From a virus (Duplodnaviria; Caudoviricetes): a stretch of 27,182 bases of DNA. The notes beneath the pieces were generated by a model. The model saw only the letters and a program-made list of their open reading frames with translations, was not told where the DNA came from and did not search any database. The stretch is from the IMG/VR virus record IMGVR_UViG_3300020400_000030, positions 1-27,182 of that record; one strand, 5' to 3'. Shown here in pieces: positions 24,758-27,182 of this stretch; positions within the stretch are counted from its first letter, which is position 1, and each line of letters opens with the position of its first letter. The position numbers were made by a program, and so were the translations under genes.

Positions 24758-27182
24758 TTAACTCAATAAAAATTGTTGCATCGCTACTGGTGATCCACTT
24801 ATACCACCAGTAAAGTTCATTGTTGCAGTTATATTTATCGGAACATTCGTTGTTGTAGTAATCGTATTGCCCGAAATATGTACTACCCCTGCTGTTACAG
24901 TATTTACGTTCAATTCTGAAGCACCACCACCAATTTGGGACGTAATAAATGTCTTAATTGCTTTTTGTGTTGGCACAATACTATCAGAGTTTGCCGCAAA
25001 AGTACCGTCTGTACTAAACTCGTTAACTGTTGCTCCTGTTCCACCAAGTGCAACACTTCCAAGTTGTAGTTCTTGTAACCCTGTGATGCTAAATGCATCT
25101 GCGTTCAATGTAGCAACACCTGTTGCCTGTTCAACGTTGAACAATCCACCAACTCTAAAGTTACCATCTTGGTCAGTTGATGTAAAGAACACTCTTCCAC
25201 CTCCACCAGTTACTGTTTCATCATTTGGATCAGCTGGTGTATTAGGTGTTCCTGGGTAATTTGTAGATGTAAATCCACCAGTACCAACGTCTAGGAAGTC
25301 ATGACCAGTCAATCTAACCTGTGAATATCTTATTCTCATCTCCACAGATATTCCATGTGCTGGTGCATCGTCTATCGCCATGTCTGGTGAAAGTTGTAAT
25401 AATGCTGAATATGGATTTGATCCTGTTAATCCTGTTACACTAACAAGTTTGAAAACAGTATTTGGTTTATGAGCAAATACTACGTTTGCACCTGGTTGTG
25501 GAATAGCTTCCATTCCTTCAACTTTTACATATTTTCCTGATTGTTTAGCATCTCTGTATCCTGCTCCGTATTTAATTTTACCGTTGGATACATAAGCAGT
25601 TCCATTTTTGTAAACTGCTGGGAATAACAAATCGTTATCCAAATATAATTGTAACGTGTTTGCATCAACTACTTTTACAAAGTATGAGTTTGCATTAAGT
25701 TGAGTTGTACCAACTATTTCACTAATTGTAATTTTTGTTCTTTCTAAAATATTGTGACTAGCAACTGTAATATTTACAATTCCTTCTCCACCATTAGTTG
25801 GCATACTTGCTAATCCATTAGCAATAGTTTCTGTAACTAAATCAATTAATTCTCCAACTTTAGTTTGAGCTCCTGCTTCACCGTTGTTACTATTTGTAGT
25901 TTGTGAAGTAACTGACTGTAAAGAACTGTATGAAGCATTATCTAAAATGTAATCTAATAATATAGTTTTCATTTGTATGAAACTTGCAATTCTTTGTTGC
26001 TGTGCATTTGGTAATTGTGTTTGTGTTCCAATCCAATATGCTCTTGCCGCCGCAGATGTATCTTTTGTTCCTCCGAACTTGACATCATTTGCAAGTGCGT
26101 CAATTAAAGTTCCTGTGTCAGTTTCCCATTGAGCTTTATCATAAATGAATCCACTCCATAATGTGCCACCTGTGTTTGAAACTTGTTGATCAATCCAAGC
26201 AATAACTTCATCTTTAACATATTCTTTGTTAGCTGTTAACAATGTGTTTGCGTATGGATTTGTGCTGAATGAAACTCCAGTAATATTTTTCTCTTGTCCT
26301 GCATCATCAATAGTTGCAGTTAAAGTTGTAAATCCAGTTCCTCTTGAAGTAAATGCCGGTTGAGCAAGTACACCGTCTCCAATGAATACTTCTAATGGAG
26401 CATCTGCTGTATTATTAGGATCAGTAAATGTTACTGTTGGTGGTGATGTGTAAGAAGCACCTGGGTGTATAATTCTTACTTCACTAATTTTACCGTCTGC
26501 AACTTTGGCTCTTGCCAATGCTTGAGCAGTTGCAGTTGATCCATCATTACCCGGAGCACTAATGTTTACTCTTGGTTCAACACTATAAACTGTTGTGTTG
26601 TCTAAAGCGGCTTCAATTGCTCTACCACTTACAATTTGATCCCAACCATCACTGCCGTCTGAATATTTTTTAATTGTAGCAATTTTTGTACCTGCGTTAT
26701 ATGTGTTTATGTAACCATACTGTCCAGCACCTTTACCACCTGTTAGGAATACTGCCATTCCAACATACGCCGCACTTAAGGCTGTGTCAGTGTTGGATAA
26801 TGTAATTTGTGTATTTGTTCCTGCCTGAGGTGTGTTTGTTGCAAATTTATAATCAGCACCACCAAATGTGCTTGAATCTCCTGTCATTCTAATTTCCATA
26901 ACACCGCCAGTTACTGTTACAGGCGTTAAACCTGTTACGCCATAACCGTCACCACTTAAAGTAATAGTTGTTGTGGATACATTATAATCTCTTCCCGCAT
27001 TTGCATATTCTAGTGCAATAATATTATTGTTGTCTGTTATTGTTCCTGTAACAATAGCATCAAATGATCTGTTATCAACGTATGCTTTGATTGGAGTTTC
27101 AGTTAGGTCAACACCTTCTGCAACTGTACCAAAGTCACCATATGATGAGTTACCGTTTGTTGCTCTAATTTTTCCACCGTTC
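24758..27182 (-). CDS. Large virion structural protein, 5'-truncated by the window edge
   Basis: The frame stays open from 26899 to the window end (…NGGKIRATNGNSSYGDFGTVAEG…), so the listed Met is internal. Also contains TGHDFLDVGTG, STDQDGNFRVG and SDSIVPTQKAIK. Confidence 0.8.
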   Translation of the reverse strand, partial: NGGKIRATNGNSSYGDFGTVAEGVDLTETPIKAYVDNRSFDAIVTGTITDNNNIIALEYANAGRDYNVSTTTITLSGDGYGVTGLTPVTVTGGVMEIRMTGDSSTFGGADYKFATNTPQAGTNTQITLSNTDTALSAAYVGMAVFLTGGKGAGQYGYINTYNAGTKIATIKKYSDGSDGWDQIVSGRAIEAALDNTTVYSVEPRVNISAPGNDGSTATAQALARAKVADGKISEVRIIHPGASYTSPPTVTFTDPNNTADAPLEVFIGDGVLAQPAFTSRGTGFTTLTATIDDAGQEKNITGVSFSTNPYANTLLTANKEYVKDEVIAWIDQQVSNTGGTLWSGFIYDKAQWETDTGTLIDALANDVKFGGTKDTSAAARAYWIGTQTQLPNAQQQRIASFIQMKTILLDYILDNASYSSLQSVTSQTTNSNNGEAGAQTKVGELIDLVTETIANGLASMPTNGGEGIVNITVASHNILERTKITISEIVGTTQLNANSYFVKVVDANTLQLYLDNDLLFPAVYKNGTAYVSNGKIKYGAGYRDAKQSGKYVKVEGMEAIPQPGANVVFAHKPNTVFKLVSVTGLTGSNPYSALLQLSPDMAIDDAPAHGISVEMRIRYSQVRLTGHDFLDVGTGGFTSTNYPGTPNTPADPNDETVTGGGGRVFFTSTDQDGNFRVGGLFNVEQATGVATLNADAFSITGLQELQLGSVALGGTGATVNEFSTDGTFAANSDSIVPTQKAIKTFITSQIGGGASELNVNTVTAGVVHISGNTITTTTNVPINITATMNFTGGISGSPVAMQQFLLS

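Noticed and set aside
123-25259. Many short ORFs antisense to or overlapping the main genes in the ORF track
   Set aside because: They are shadows of long genes with biased codons and show no recognisable motifs.
26897-26899. ATG given as the start of the 713-aa ORF
   Set aside because: The frame is open to the window edge with protein-like sequence, so the true start lies outside the window.

Overview
This AT-rich, densely coding window looks like part of a large T4-like tailed phage genome, probably an aquatic myovirus (lineage inferred from motif recall, not searched). It uses the standard genetic code. The + strand block (52-5014) holds a gp15-like tail completion protein, a Nudix hydrolase, hldE, hldD, a cupin and a 2OG-Fe(II) oxygenase. 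It meets a long - strand block (5015-27182) with zero gap. That block encodes giant repeat-rich virion/fibre proteins, three paralogous Cys/Gly-rich proteins interleaved with two paralogous tail-chaperone-like proteins, and an embedded enzyme cassette: GT9-like glycosyltransferase, SGNH-like protein, NodU/CmcH carbamoyltransferase and NPP-motif methyltransferase. TAAATA late-promoter-like boxes precede several genes. Best candidate for a new system: phage-made ADP-heptose transferred to virion fibres and then tailored. Other highlights are a Cys-rich triplet, an amicyanin-type copper motif, nested repeats and a GNA-triloop hairpin repeat. I saw no RNA genes, CRISPR arrays or mobile elements. 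All product calls rest on recognised motifs, without database searches.
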